Of a stretch of 52,179 bases of DNA, positions 40,301 through 48,574 are shown one piece after another (within the stretch, counting starts at the first letter, position 1; the number at the start of each line of letters is the position of its first letter). The notes beneath the pieces are model-generated. The model saw nothing but the letters and a program-made list of their open reading frames with translations. It had not been told where the DNA came from and did not search any database. The position numbers and the translations under genes were made by a program. Source of the DNA: an uncultured bacterium (GTDB lineage Bacteria; Patescibacteriota; Microgenomatia; UBA1400; PJMF01); assembly GCA_903842795.1 (NCBI GenBank), contig CAIMNJ010000015.1, forward strand, positions 1 to 52,179, given 5' to 3'.

Positions 40301-40994
40301 TACGTTTTTCCCTATGCAATTTTTCTGCCAAAGCCGACATTCGATCAAGAAACTGATCTAAAGGTTTTTTGTAAGTATCTAAATTGTCATGCCATGCATC
40401 AACGCTTTCATTTGGAGATGGGCTGCCCAAAAATTCTTTATCGTTTCTTGGACAGGGTTGGTAGTCCATCGAACGCTTTTGCTGATCAAGCATTACATCA
40501 ATTACTCTAATTCTTTCTTGCTCTAATTGACCGATCATCTCTCGATTGGTTGGTAGTTTAGTCAAATAATCAATGGCTTGAAAAGTTACATGATTAAGAA
40601 AAGCTTTTTGATAGCTATCTTCAACTGGACATAAAGATCTAATATGCTCTTCTATATCAATTAAGCTGTAGCCACGATGAGTAGAAAAATTTTGATGAAC
40701 TTCAGCTACTATTGAGGCTATTAATAAATTTTCTTTAAAAAGAATGGCTGCAGTTTCTTCTTCTGGACTGTGGTCAATCTGCTCTAGATTGTGAAAAAAA
40801 TCTGGAAGATTTTTGAACAATCTTTTACGAAAATCAGCATTAAGAAAAGCAGCATCAAGATTTTCTAAAGTTTGTTTTTTTACTGTAATGTCTTCTTTGT
40901 TCAAAGCAGTGCGCATTTTTCTGCTCAATTCAAGAATAATCCTTTCATATTCTTGAGCGCCAGCAATTTCCTGAATTTTTGTCTGTTCTATCAT
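37314..40994 (-). CDS. 1226-aa protein with split alpha/beta-hydrolase motifs
   Basis: IHGWGG (~aa 354), GHSMGG (~aa 913), GMDD, and NHY (~aa 1122). Confidence 0.7.
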   Translation of the reverse strand: MIEQTKIQEIAGAQEYERIILELSRKMRTALNKEDITVKKQTLENLDAAFLNADFRKRLFKNLPDFFHNLEQIDHSPEEETAAILFKENLLIASIVAEVHQNFSTHRGYSLIDIEEHIRSLCPVEDSYQKAFLNHVTFQAIDYLTKLPTNREMIGQLEQERIRVIDVMLDQQKRSMDYQPCPRNDKEFLGSPSPNESVDAWHDNLDTYKKPLDQFLDRMSALAEKLHREKRTDLFAHFWVEKLGDQDNPQYALKTFGLTNHDPAGEDDIGFDRTPVELTIMLTPAEAYELLRLEQFGKNAKEMVKQKAEALFLQKTFSANEPVGSWEDWSKRREANSLSGLPNSGKQPFHIMIHGWGGIPFVWDEQISETVANLAKLNDPTLANQIWCSFGLQGSMMSIPECLFTEKGEFDRQKLKDFQEEDLLFQPTQAFLEITRSMHRIQNRCAPVRNAEGNLVITRNFTKNEHILSDLVVLQKISTTKEGFFIPTGKIDFSLAEIDLFHETLKNHQDIVNPALEKINEQLHNLDFEILEFFQKIYGFPLNRFRQSSPAFAAIESWRTEFYIDSEKALDREKLDRLAKEIISSSFFDQMPNFDELFRKELAEAKTSILNSKREVKARETIAKVRQGETVSDDELKAAAETIAYYYQSNDSDFAIRLFKVLKNQQAGKLQKGVGVKLWDTISNYLDREPPIKKSLRNRIEMILEKNGIQLSLDLVAEIDQFWNLLLSEEVIPPEKEESSIKLILDKVQTVLDEYKKNKIEEFVGNTEKSINIWGERTNPLRELLSSQKSEIDKAEDYWKENLEKILFVRTVGIETDLDLLKRFKAKNPDQEVTSELLRQLRPELGYRIDQLKNLAKLAGWDQNDYAINDEDFLQAMVIKHRLSQELDEPRLFSLAEIAIKQHTLASLTEFFGHSMGGKIARALARGLRPDSAVKPSPLAQLYRSLNVSPKNVQFIASNEVVHGSRLTADEEAKAIDWMGKDRKDMVTLHSRAVGGFLVQGKSILTNPIIGALGQTFGIERAVLLWYMGAMKSATPLLMHEWVYQQPSQMQQQIGSWLLRNMPFFIRDENTLNEDRWLASRGIVVPQIGMDDNILWPGDGVLGNRMVGSGEDAIAISAGLNHYPESDQMGRALAIMRLLRNQAVADSAGKDLLINWNELKARGLPENGITPEEIFQIFPRLVDLEPKDTRSGMLSFDLILEEIKAKLPKLPAKTKTKVQEEIDLIK

Positions 40995-43900
40995 ATGAGT
41001 TTTTTCGTTTCCTCCAGCATTCTTAGAGCTGCATCCTTGATTTTGTCTTCAACCACAATTACCGCTTCAGGAGTTTTCTTTTCTGGTAAGAAACTTTTTT
41101 CGTCAGATTGCTGTTTATAAAGCAGTGTAAGCTCTTCAATTGCGGCTCTAAAATCCTTCTGATTGATCTGCATAAACTCACGCAATTTTTCCATGGATTT
41201 ATTTGGCGTAAGACCAGATTGCAAAATAAAAAGAACATTTAGCATCTCGGTGGAGAAGTGAGCTAGACGATATTGAGCATGAGCTTCCCAAGTCTGTTTA
41301 AAGCCAGATCTTACATAGTTATCTATTAGGCCATAAACTTCTGGAGCAACTTTAAGCTCACCACTTAAAACTTCATTACAAAAATCGGTAAAAATTTGTA
41401 AAAAGTAATTATCATTTTCCATCATGGCTAAGCGATTGGTCATATTAGCTGAGGCTTGAAAGTTCTCTTTTCTCTGTCTACTTCCCAAGATGTAACCTTG
41501 TTCTCTAAGCTTGCGTTTCTCATCCTTTTCTTCTTCAGAATTAACCTCCTCAGTAGCACATAGGTAGCTCCTATCTCTTATCATTTCTAAAAACTTTTTG
41601 GTTAAGTCTGAGCCTCTGCTTGTAAAAACAAATTGAGATAATGCGTTAACCAACTCATCATTAGCTCTCACAAAAGGCAAAACTACTTCCACCAATTCTT
41701 TTGGATCATCAGCGGAACACGAATAAGTTAGGACATCTCCATAAAGTCCCCATCCCACATTGGTGTTATGACCAGCATTGGCAGTTGGAAAAATAACATC
41801 AACATCTAAGTCTCTTTGACTTTCTACTGCTCCAAGAGACGACACATTAGAAAGCGGTCTTAAATCAGCCATTATTTCTGGAGCTAAAACATTGGCAGTG
41901 CTTTCCAAAAATTGCGCAGAACTAAGCCTGGCACTAATTGATGATGCAGCTCTGCTTACATCTCTACTCATCATGTCGATTACTTTGGAAGTTTTGACTC
42001 CTGCATCAATTACATCATTTGTAAAATGATGAACTTGAACACTATCAAGATCTATAACGTTTTGTTCCCAATTTTTCAATTTATATAATAAGCCAGCTCT
42101 TTTATGAGCGCGGATTACATCTTTAAAAGCACTCCTTCTTTTTTCTCCTAGGTATCTTTTAAGTGCTAACTTATCTGATGGCCAGTCATTTTTAGAATAA
42201 ACAAACCAAACTGGAAAAACTGAGTTATCATCAGTAAGAATCTTCAAAGAATCGTAGGTGGCATTTAAGGCTTCAATACGTTCTTCCTCAGATTGAAATT
42301 CCATATCTGCAATTTCATAGAGAGCTCCAAAAATCATATCAATGTGACCAACAACACTCTGAATACCTTCAGTAGCTGGAACTATTTCCCTATAAATTTT
42401 TTCTAAATGCGTTGCTGTTCCAAAAGGAATTTTTTTAGAACCATTTTTGAGCTTACGCAAGATCAAATCCATTGAAGCTCCTGACGTTGGAAATTCCATG
42501 GGATTTAATTTAGAGTTTTTATCTTTAAAAACTCCTTTTAAAGCCTTACGAAATTTCTCGAAAATAGGCCTTTTTTTATCTTCATCAACTAATTTTAAAA
42601 CCTCCTCTACTAGAAGATCTGTAGACAATGCAATTTGATCAGATTCAATATCAGTAAACAAACCATCACTATTGCTCAAAAACATATATTGCTCTGTACT
42701 GTTGAGATTGCCAAAATCTTTTTCTAACTTCTTAACAAATTCTTCTTCTGCAGTAAATTCTTCTAAAAGTCTTCTCAAATCATCAACCGACTCCAAAAAA
42801 ATAGCATTTTGTTTTTGGCTTTTTGCTAGTTCGCTATGAAAAGTACAGATTGGCTTAAGTCTAAATAGCAGCTCATTACTATCATCCTTGGAATAAGCTA
42901 TTCCACGAGTAAGTGACATTATTTCTCTTAAATCACCCGCAAAAGACTCTGCCTCATCTTGATTCATAGATAAATTTAGTAAAAATTCATCGATATCTGG
43001 GAGTGGAGCAGTGTTATCTTCTGTTGGTAAAATCCAATTTATTAATTGGAAAAGTAATTCATTTTTATTTTTACTTTTTTCCAAAAATGGCATAACCTTG
43101 TCTAAAAAAGACAAGGCTTTTCTATCAATGATTGAAAGCTTTAATTGATCAGCTCTTTGAGTTTGTAAAACTTCCTCAATTTCATTGTCAAAATTGGCAA
43201 AGTTATATCTAGAGATACTATTTAAATAATTTCTGAGAGTGGTAAAAGCTTCTTTGGAACTATGATCATTAGTAATCATGTTTAGCCAAATGTCTGCCAT
43301 CTGCACTTTAACCAAATGCCTTTCTAAATTTTCACTATTTGAAGTTAATATTTCTCTTGAGGCCAAAAGCGGCTCCAAAATCTTATTACCCATACTGGTA
43401 ATGCCTAAACGACCATCATCTGGATCAATTGGTGTTCCTGGTAACCTACCATCAACCAAATAAAGAGCAATCATGATTAGCGTGCTAGTTTTAATATCTC
43501 CATACTTTTCCAAAAGCTCTGGCTGTTTGCGAAATTTTTTGATCAGATCAAGAAGAAAATCTGGCAAGTCTCTAGAAGCTTGAATACGACGAACACCCAT
43601 TAGCTCTGCAAATTGTTTAGTCCCTTCATGTTCAAATGGTTCAGATTTGAGTGTTTTTTCAATAAGATGAGTATTTCCTCCATCTATCCCTTGATCTTGA
43701 TTACGATTAGCTAGCCAAGAGTTAACCGGCAAGACTTCTGATTCAAATAAACCATTTTGTTTCATGGTAAATCTTAAGTCATTTTTTGGCTTAACTCTCT
43801 TGTAGAAATGTTTATATATTTTTTTGTTCGAAATATCTTTCCAAGCATTGGTGACATCTTTACCATCAAAAGAAACGTGTGTTGGTAATTTAAAAGAAAC

Positions 43901-44761
43901 AGCATTGGTTTCCTCATCTATACTCAAAACCAGGGTGGGGCGGGGATCATAAAAAGCATTTCCAGGATTAAAAGTCTCTGTTTTTAAACCTATCACAATA
44001 TCTGGTTTGGAATAAAAATCACTCTCCAATTTAACAGCGTCATCATCATTTTTAGATGGCTCTGTATACCAATCAGTTAAAATTCTTTCTTCTGAAATAA
44101 GAATTCCTTTTACACCTTCTGGCAAAACATTTTCTCCATCAATAATTTTTTGCCATTCTACAAGTGCAAATGGATTTTCTAAAACAGAACCCTCAAAACC
44201 AGCAAGAAAATCTCGATCTTTAATAGTCTGCTCACAAGCATCTTTTTGTATGATTACATCAACAAAAGTTGTTGGTTCTCCATGATCTGGCTGCTTAAAA
44301 ACTCTAATCGTAAGAGGCCAATTACGAATGTCTGGATGAAAATCTAACTTATCTAGCTGACTATGCTCATCAAATCCAGTGGTCATTTTAAGAGCAGCCA
44401 ACTGTTTGCTTTTACCAACATCTTTGTACATTTCCCAAAGCATATCAGCAATAAAATTTTCTCTGATTACTTCTGGCTTAATGGTATCAATACAATTAAA
44501 GGCATAGGTAATGCCCCAACCACCTTTTTCTCCAGCTAGACCAGTTTTTAGTTCAGATAAAATGTAAGTTAACCAATAATCTGCATACTCGACATTAACA
44601 CCAATTTTTTCTGCATAAGTCTTGGCCACTTCTGAAGCATCAGCAAGACTCAAAACTGATTTGGTTATACCAATAGAAAGACGCTCCCCAAAAGTGAAAT
44701 TTTTTTCATTTCTCGTGGTGAGTTCACTGGGAATAATTTTATCCAACGCCCCTTCGTTCAC
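40991..44761 (-). CDS. 1256-aa protein with possible CoA-dependent acyltransferase/condensation-like motifs
   Basis: THVSFDG (~aa 295), NVSSLG (~aa 972); leaderless CATAAT-6-GTG; ATGA overlap with the next gene. Confidence 0.55.
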   Translation of the reverse strand: MNEGALDKIIPSELTTRNEKNFTFGERLSIGITKSVLSLADASEVAKTYAEKIGVNVEYADYWLTYILSELKTGLAGEKGGWGITYAFNCIDTIKPEVIRENFIADMLWEMYKDVGKSKQLAALKMTTGFDEHSQLDKLDFHPDIRNWPLTIRVFKQPDHGEPTTFVDVIIQKDACEQTIKDRDFLAGFEGSVLENPFALVEWQKIIDGENVLPEGVKGILISEERILTDWYTEPSKNDDDAVKLESDFYSKPDIVIGLKTETFNPGNAFYDPRPTLVLSIDEETNAVSFKLPTHVSFDGKDVTNAWKDISNKKIYKHFYKRVKPKNDLRFTMKQNGLFESEVLPVNSWLANRNQDQGIDGGNTHLIEKTLKSEPFEHEGTKQFAELMGVRRIQASRDLPDFLLDLIKKFRKQPELLEKYGDIKTSTLIMIALYLVDGRLPGTPIDPDDGRLGITSMGNKILEPLLASREILTSNSENLERHLVKVQMADIWLNMITNDHSSKEAFTTLRNYLNSISRYNFANFDNEIEEVLQTQRADQLKLSIIDRKALSFLDKVMPFLEKSKNKNELLFQLINWILPTEDNTAPLPDIDEFLLNLSMNQDEAESFAGDLREIMSLTRGIAYSKDDSNELLFRLKPICTFHSELAKSQKQNAIFLESVDDLRRLLEEFTAEEEFVKKLEKDFGNLNSTEQYMFLSNSDGLFTDIESDQIALSTDLLVEEVLKLVDEDKKRPIFEKFRKALKGVFKDKNSKLNPMEFPTSGASMDLILRKLKNGSKKIPFGTATHLEKIYREIVPATEGIQSVVGHIDMIFGALYEIADMEFQSEEERIEALNATYDSLKILTDDNSVFPVWFVYSKNDWPSDKLALKRYLGEKRRSAFKDVIRAHKRAGLLYKLKNWEQNVIDLDSVQVHHFTNDVIDAGVKTSKVIDMMSRDVSRAASSISARLSSAQFLESTANVLAPEIMADLRPLSNVSSLGAVESQRDLDVDVIFPTANAGHNTNVGWGLYGDVLTYSCSADDPKELVEVVLPFVRANDELVNALSQFVFTSRGSDLTKKFLEMIRDRSYLCATEEVNSEEEKDEKRKLREQGYILGSRQRKENFQASANMTNRLAMMENDNYFLQIFTDFCNEVLSGELKVAPEVYGLIDNYVRSGFKQTWEAHAQYRLAHFSTEMLNVLFILQSGLTPNKSMEKLREFMQINQKDFRAAIEELTLLYKQQSDEKSFLPEKKTPEAVIVVEDKIKDAALRMLEETKKLI

Positions 44762-44834
44762 AACTTCATTATGGAGATTTACTTGAGATTTAGCAAGGAG
44801 AACAGTCTGCCAAAAGTGTATAATAAGATCTACT

Positions 44835-45356
44835 ATGAGTAGTTTAGAAAAGTCATCTCACAAAGAGAACTCTTTTTTGGAAAAAGTTATCCCATGGGGA
44901 ATTCTTGCAGCTGCTTTTTTATCTAGCTTGGCTGCTTTTAGTAAAAAACAAAGAGATGCCATTGTGGAGCGAGATAAGAATAAATGCAATTATCCACTAC
45001 CTCACGAATGTGGTGGGGAATTGTGTGTTCACCAAATTATTCCTCCTCGCTATGCTGAAGTAGTTGGAGTAGATCCGGATTTTCCAGAAAATGCTCTAAC
45101 TATTTGTAAAAATGCTCAAGCCGGAACAAACGGTATTTTTCCTGATCTAGCAGAAGCTCACGCTGAATATCCGGCAGATCAGAGTTCATTTAAAAAAGCC
45201 ATTGCACTTAGAGGGAAAAAATTGTCACAGAGAAAAATCTACTGGGACGACTCTCATGATAGAGAAATGAGCGTCACCGCTGTACGCAATACTCAGAGAG
45301 CAGAAAAAGATGGTTGGGTTTTTCCAATTAAGAAAACTAGGAAAAAAGCTGAATAA
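44835..45356 (+). CDS. HNH endonuclease-like protein with degenerate active site
   Basis: FSKKQRDAIVERDKNKC...LCVHQIIP...ENALTICKNAQ. Confidence 0.65.
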   Translation: MSSLEKSSHKENSFLEKVIPWGILAAAFLSSLAAFSKKQRDAIVERDKNKCNYPLPHECGGELCVHQIIPPRYAEVVGVDPDFPENALTICKNAQAGTNGIFPDLAEAHAEYPADQSSFKKAIALRGKKLSQRKIYWDDSHDREMSVTAVRNTQRAEKDGWVFPIKKTRKKAE

Positions 45357-45368
45357 TAATTCCGTATT

Positions 45369-45602
45369 CTAGTAAAAAAATCTTGCACCAGTTCTGCCAA
45401 GTTCTTGATCTTGCTTGGTGACACCTACCATTTCTTGACCCGCGTAAGTTCCACCTGGAGCAATACCCTCATATTGAATGACAACCTCAGTGTTTGGATC
45501 TTCAGACCCAAGCTCTTTGGCTTTGGCCATAACTGCCTCGTAAATACTTAACCAGATCAAAACAGTTTCTCCATAGTCAGCTGGGATATACTTAATTGTC
45601 AT
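45369..45602 (-). CDS. Hypothetical protein (77 aa)
   Basis: Start overlaps the end of the upstream ORF. Confidence 0.6.
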   Translation of the reverse strand: MTIKYIPADYGETVLIWLSIYEAVMAKAKELGSEDPNTEVVIQYEGIAPGGTYAGQEMVGVTKQDQELGRTGARFFY

Positions 45603-45888
45603 AGATCATCTCAAGAACGGCACCACCATAAACGGCTGCCATAAGATTGTATAAAAACATTAAACTCTCAGCTGCAGCTTCACCTTCTTTTTCAATTTCG
45701 TCGTACATTTCACTTTGCAATAAAAGATATAAAGAGGCACAGCTATTAAGAGCATTACTCTCAATTGCTTTAATTAAACCCAAAATCTGCTCGGCTTGAC
45801 CTTCCATTTGCCTTGCTTTAAGTTCATCAAGAAAAGGTTGAGCAGCGACTTCTAATTCTTCTACAATAGTTTTGATATCTTTTGACAT
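45592..45888 (-). CDS. Hypothetical acidic helical protein
   Basis: TAGAAT 8 nt before ATG 45888. Confidence 0.6.
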   Translation of the reverse strand: MSKDIKTIVEELEVAAQPFLDELKARQMEGQAEQILGLIKAIESNALNSCASLYLLLQSEMYDEIEKEGEAAAESLMFLYNLMAAVYGGAVLEMIYDN

Positions 45889-45990
45889 ATTTGTATATTC
45901 TACCACTAGAACAATTTTTGTACACTAAAAAGAAAAATAGACGTATTGTGAAAACAAAAAAACGATCCATTTTGGATCGTTTTTTATCTG

Positions 45991-46063
45991 AGCGAGAGAC
46001 GAGATTCGAACTCGCGACCTTTTCCTTGGCAAGGAAACATTCTAGCCACTGAACTACTCTCGC
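45991..46063 (-). tRNA. tRNA-Gly(GCC)
   Basis: tttcc-tt-GCC-aa-ggaaa; terminator hairpin at 45958-45985. Confidence 0.95.
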
Positions 46064-46099
46064 TTGTTAATTTACCCTAGTACGACATATAATTATAGC

Positions 46100-46255
46100 A
46101 TGCCAAATTATTCAGAATTTCAAAATCAAAAAAACAAAATATTTGCCAGAACCGCTGAACAAGCTGCCACCAAAGCAGTTATGATTGGCGCCGATATTTT
46201 CAAAGCGATTCTCAATTTTCTCAAAGAGATGTTAATGTCTTTCTTGGGTAAATAA
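46100..46255 (+). CDS. Small hypothetical protein (51 aa) inside the tRNA cluster
   Basis: TATAAT 6 nt before ATG; amphipathic C-terminus. Confidence 0.55.
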   Translation: MPNYSEFQNQKNKIFARTAEQAATKAVMIGADIFKAILNFLKEMLMSFLGK

Positions 46256-46272
46256 TTTCTTAAAGAACAAAG

Positions 46273-46345
46273 TGCCAAGCCTTGGAATCGAACCAAGATC
46301 CCATGTTTTTCAGACATGTGCCGTGACCGACTTGGCTAGCTTGGC
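46273..46345 (-). tRNA. tRNA-Phe(GAA)
   Basis: catgt-ct-GAA-aa-acatg. Confidence 0.93.
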
Positions 46346-46404
46346 GTCGGTAAGCATTTTTATATTTTAACGAATTTATTTTAAATTACTAGCAGTGCGC
46401 CTCG

Positions 46405-46478
46405 TGGGCAATACAGGGCTCGAACCTGTGACCTCATCGATGTAAACGATGCGCTCTAACCAACTGAGCTAATTGCCC
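46405..46478 (-). tRNA. tRNA-Val(TAC)
   Basis: catcg-tt-TAC-at-cgatg. Confidence 0.95.
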
Positions 46479-46490
46479 ATTTTGATTCAC

Positions 46491-46672
46491 AAAATTAAAA
46501 TGTGCCCGGGAGAGGTGTCCCAGACTACTTCGTTTCTGGACGCATTTCTCGTGTCCCTTACGGTACTCGAAGTGCAGACTTGAACCAAGGTTCAAATTAT
46601 GCTCCCGGCTTATTCCAATTTGTGTCACAAAAGTGACAAAAATTGAAATGTGCCCGGGAGAGGACTTGAACC
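46491..46672. repeat. Direct and inverted duplications of the tRNA-Leu 3' end flanking GC-rich hairpins
   Basis: 46491-46515 matches 46639-46663 at 24/25; inverted degenerate copy ggttcaa...ctcccggc at 46589-46609. Confidence 0.8.
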
Positions 46673-46731
46673 TCCATGAATAAATTCACAGCCACCTCAA
46701 GACTGCGCGTCTACCATTTCGCCACCCGGGC
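46651..46731 (-). tRNA. tRNA-Leu(GAG)
   Basis: cagtc-tt-GAG-gt-ggctg, long variable arm. Confidence 0.93.
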
Positions 46732-46763
46732 TCTAACTGCGCTATTATAAGCGATAAACCTCG

Positions 46764-46845
46764 TGCCGAGAAGAGGACTCGAACCTCCAAGGATTGCTCC
46801 ACACGCTTCTGAGACGTGTGCGTCTACCAATTTCGCCATCTCGGC
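46764..46845 (-). tRNA. tRNA-Leu(CAG)
   Basis: cacgt-ct-CAG-aa-gcgtg, long variable arm. Confidence 0.95.
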
Positions 46846-46944
46846 TAATCAAAAACTTTTAAAAACAAAATAATTTTAACAAGGCGATTATATACTATTT
46901 TTAGAGAGATTTTAGCCTTATAATAAGCCGCAATTAAACCAAAA

Positions 46945-47017
46945 GCCCCTATAGCTCAATGGATTAGAGTAATGGTCTTCGGAACCAGTGATGAGGGTTC
47001 GAGTCCCCCTAGGGGCA
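46945..47017 (+). tRNA. tRNA-Arg(TCG)
   Basis: tggt-ct-TCG-ga-acca. Confidence 0.92.
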
Positions 47018-47062
47018 CACCGTGAAATGGCAAGAAAGTGATATAATAGCGGTCTAAAACAC

Positions 47063-47136
47063 GGGTCAGTAGCTCAGTCGGTTAGAGCACCTGCCTCTTA
47101 AGCAGGGTGTCGTGGGTTCGAGTCCCACCTGACTCA
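47063..47136 (+). tRNA. tRNA-Lys(CTT)
   Basis: cctgc-ct-CTT-aa-gcagg. Confidence 0.95.
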
Positions 47137-47171
47137 CTTTAAATAATACTTTGATATAATGCTCCGAAATC

Positions 47172-47630
47172 ATGGAGAAAGATAAGAATTTCAGTTTAGA
47201 AAAAGAAGCGAAAAAAATTGATGCTACTGTTGTATTGGTTTTACTAACTGTTGCCATTGCTATGCTTGATTTTTATTCTCATCCAAACGGAGGTTTAGCT
47301 GATTTGGAGAGAAGAAAAATGTTGCAAGAAGCACTTGGTCCTTTTGTCAGACATATGGGTAATTTTGGCTTTTCTGCTGCCGGTGGAATTGTGGCGGTTT
47401 TTGGCAAGGAAATAGCTAATACTTTGAGCAGAAATAATGAAAAAATCAAAAAAATTAGCAAAAAAACTTTCATGGCTGTAATTGCTTCAATTCTTACCCT
47501 CAACGCGCTATTTGAAACTTTCCCTCACAACAAAGAAGGCTTTAATGATTTTTTAGTCGGAGGGCTCGGAGTAGCAATGGCTGTCGCAGCAACAGAACTA
47601 GCCATTAAAAAATTCAAAGATGCTAGATAA
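47172..47630 (+). CDS. Hypothetical 4-TM membrane protein
   Basis: Four hydrophobic segments; TATAAT upstream. Confidence 0.75.
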   Translation: MEKDKNFSLEKEAKKIDATVVLVLLTVAIAMLDFYSHPNGGLADLERRKMLQEALGPFVRHMGNFGFSAAGGIVAVFGKEIANTLSRNNEKIKKISKKTFMAVIASILTLNALFETFPHNKEGFNDFLVGGLGVAMAVAATELAIKKFKDAR

Positions 47631-47648
47631 ATGTAGTACAATATAGCC

Positions 47649-48569
47649 ATGAATATCATATCTGGCTCATCTAATCCAAAACTTGCCCAAGATTTAGTCA
47701 AAACTCTCCAAGCCAAAGACCCTCATACTCAATTAATTGATTGTGAAATTGATAAATTCAATAATGATGAAAAAAGAATTTATGTGAGAGATGAAGAAAA
47801 AGTTCGTGGACAAAAAGTCTGCATTATCCAATCTTTTTCTAAACCAGTAGACGAAAACATTATTGAAACATTACTAATAATTGATGCCTTAGAAAGACTT
47901 GGTGCTAAAGAAGTCTCAATCATTATTCCTTGGATGGGATACTCATTGCAGGACAAAGTTTTTCGCGAAGGTGAAGCTATTGCTGCCAAAGTCATTGCTG
48001 ATTTAATTTCCAATAGTTTCGTCAGTCGTGTTTTCTTATTAGATTTGCATAATCCCAGCATTCCAGGATTTTTCTCCATTCCTACTTATCATCTCTCAGC
48101 TTCAAAACTTTTTATCGATTATTTACAAAAAAATAACTACTTAGAAGATTCGGTGGTTGTTAGTCCAGATTTTGGCGGACTCAAGAGAGCTCGTGCCTTT
48201 GCTAAAGCACTCAATTTGCCATTATTAAATATTGATAAAAGTCGTGACATCAAAACTGGCGTTGTCACTGCTCACTCGTTGCACGGCGGAGAAGTAAAAG
48301 GCAAAAATGCAATAATTTTTGACGATGTAATTGTCTCCGGCAGCACAGTTGCCAAAAGCGCCTCTTTACTCAAAAAAGAAGGAGCCAAAAAAGTTATTTT
48401 TATGGCCACTCATGGCATTTTTTGCAACGATGGTCTCAACGTGATCGATCAAAGCGAAATTGATCAAGTCATCACTAGCGATTCAATCGCTCAAAAAGAA
48501 AATGGACAAAAATTAGAGCACATCAGCTTAGCTTCTTTGTTCACCAATAGCTTAACAGATTGGATTTAA
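47649..48569 (+). CDS. prs: Ribose-phosphate pyrophosphokinase
   Basis: PWMGYSLQDK, LDLH, VSPDFGG, FDDVIVSGST, ATHG. Confidence 0.95.
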   Translation: MNIISGSSNPKLAQDLVKTLQAKDPHTQLIDCEIDKFNNDEKRIYVRDEEKVRGQKVCIIQSFSKPVDENIIETLLIIDALERLGAKEVSIIIPWMGYSLQDKVFREGEAIAAKVIADLISNSFVSRVFLLDLHNPSIPGFFSIPTYHLSASKLFIDYLQKNNYLEDSVVVSPDFGGLKRARAFAKALNLPLLNIDKSRDIKTGVVTAHSLHGGEVKGKNAIIFDDVIVSGSTVAKSASLLKKEGAKKVIFMATHGIFCNDGLNVIDQSEIDQVITSDSIAQKENGQKLEHISLASLFTNSLTDWI

Positions 48570-48574
48570 AATTT

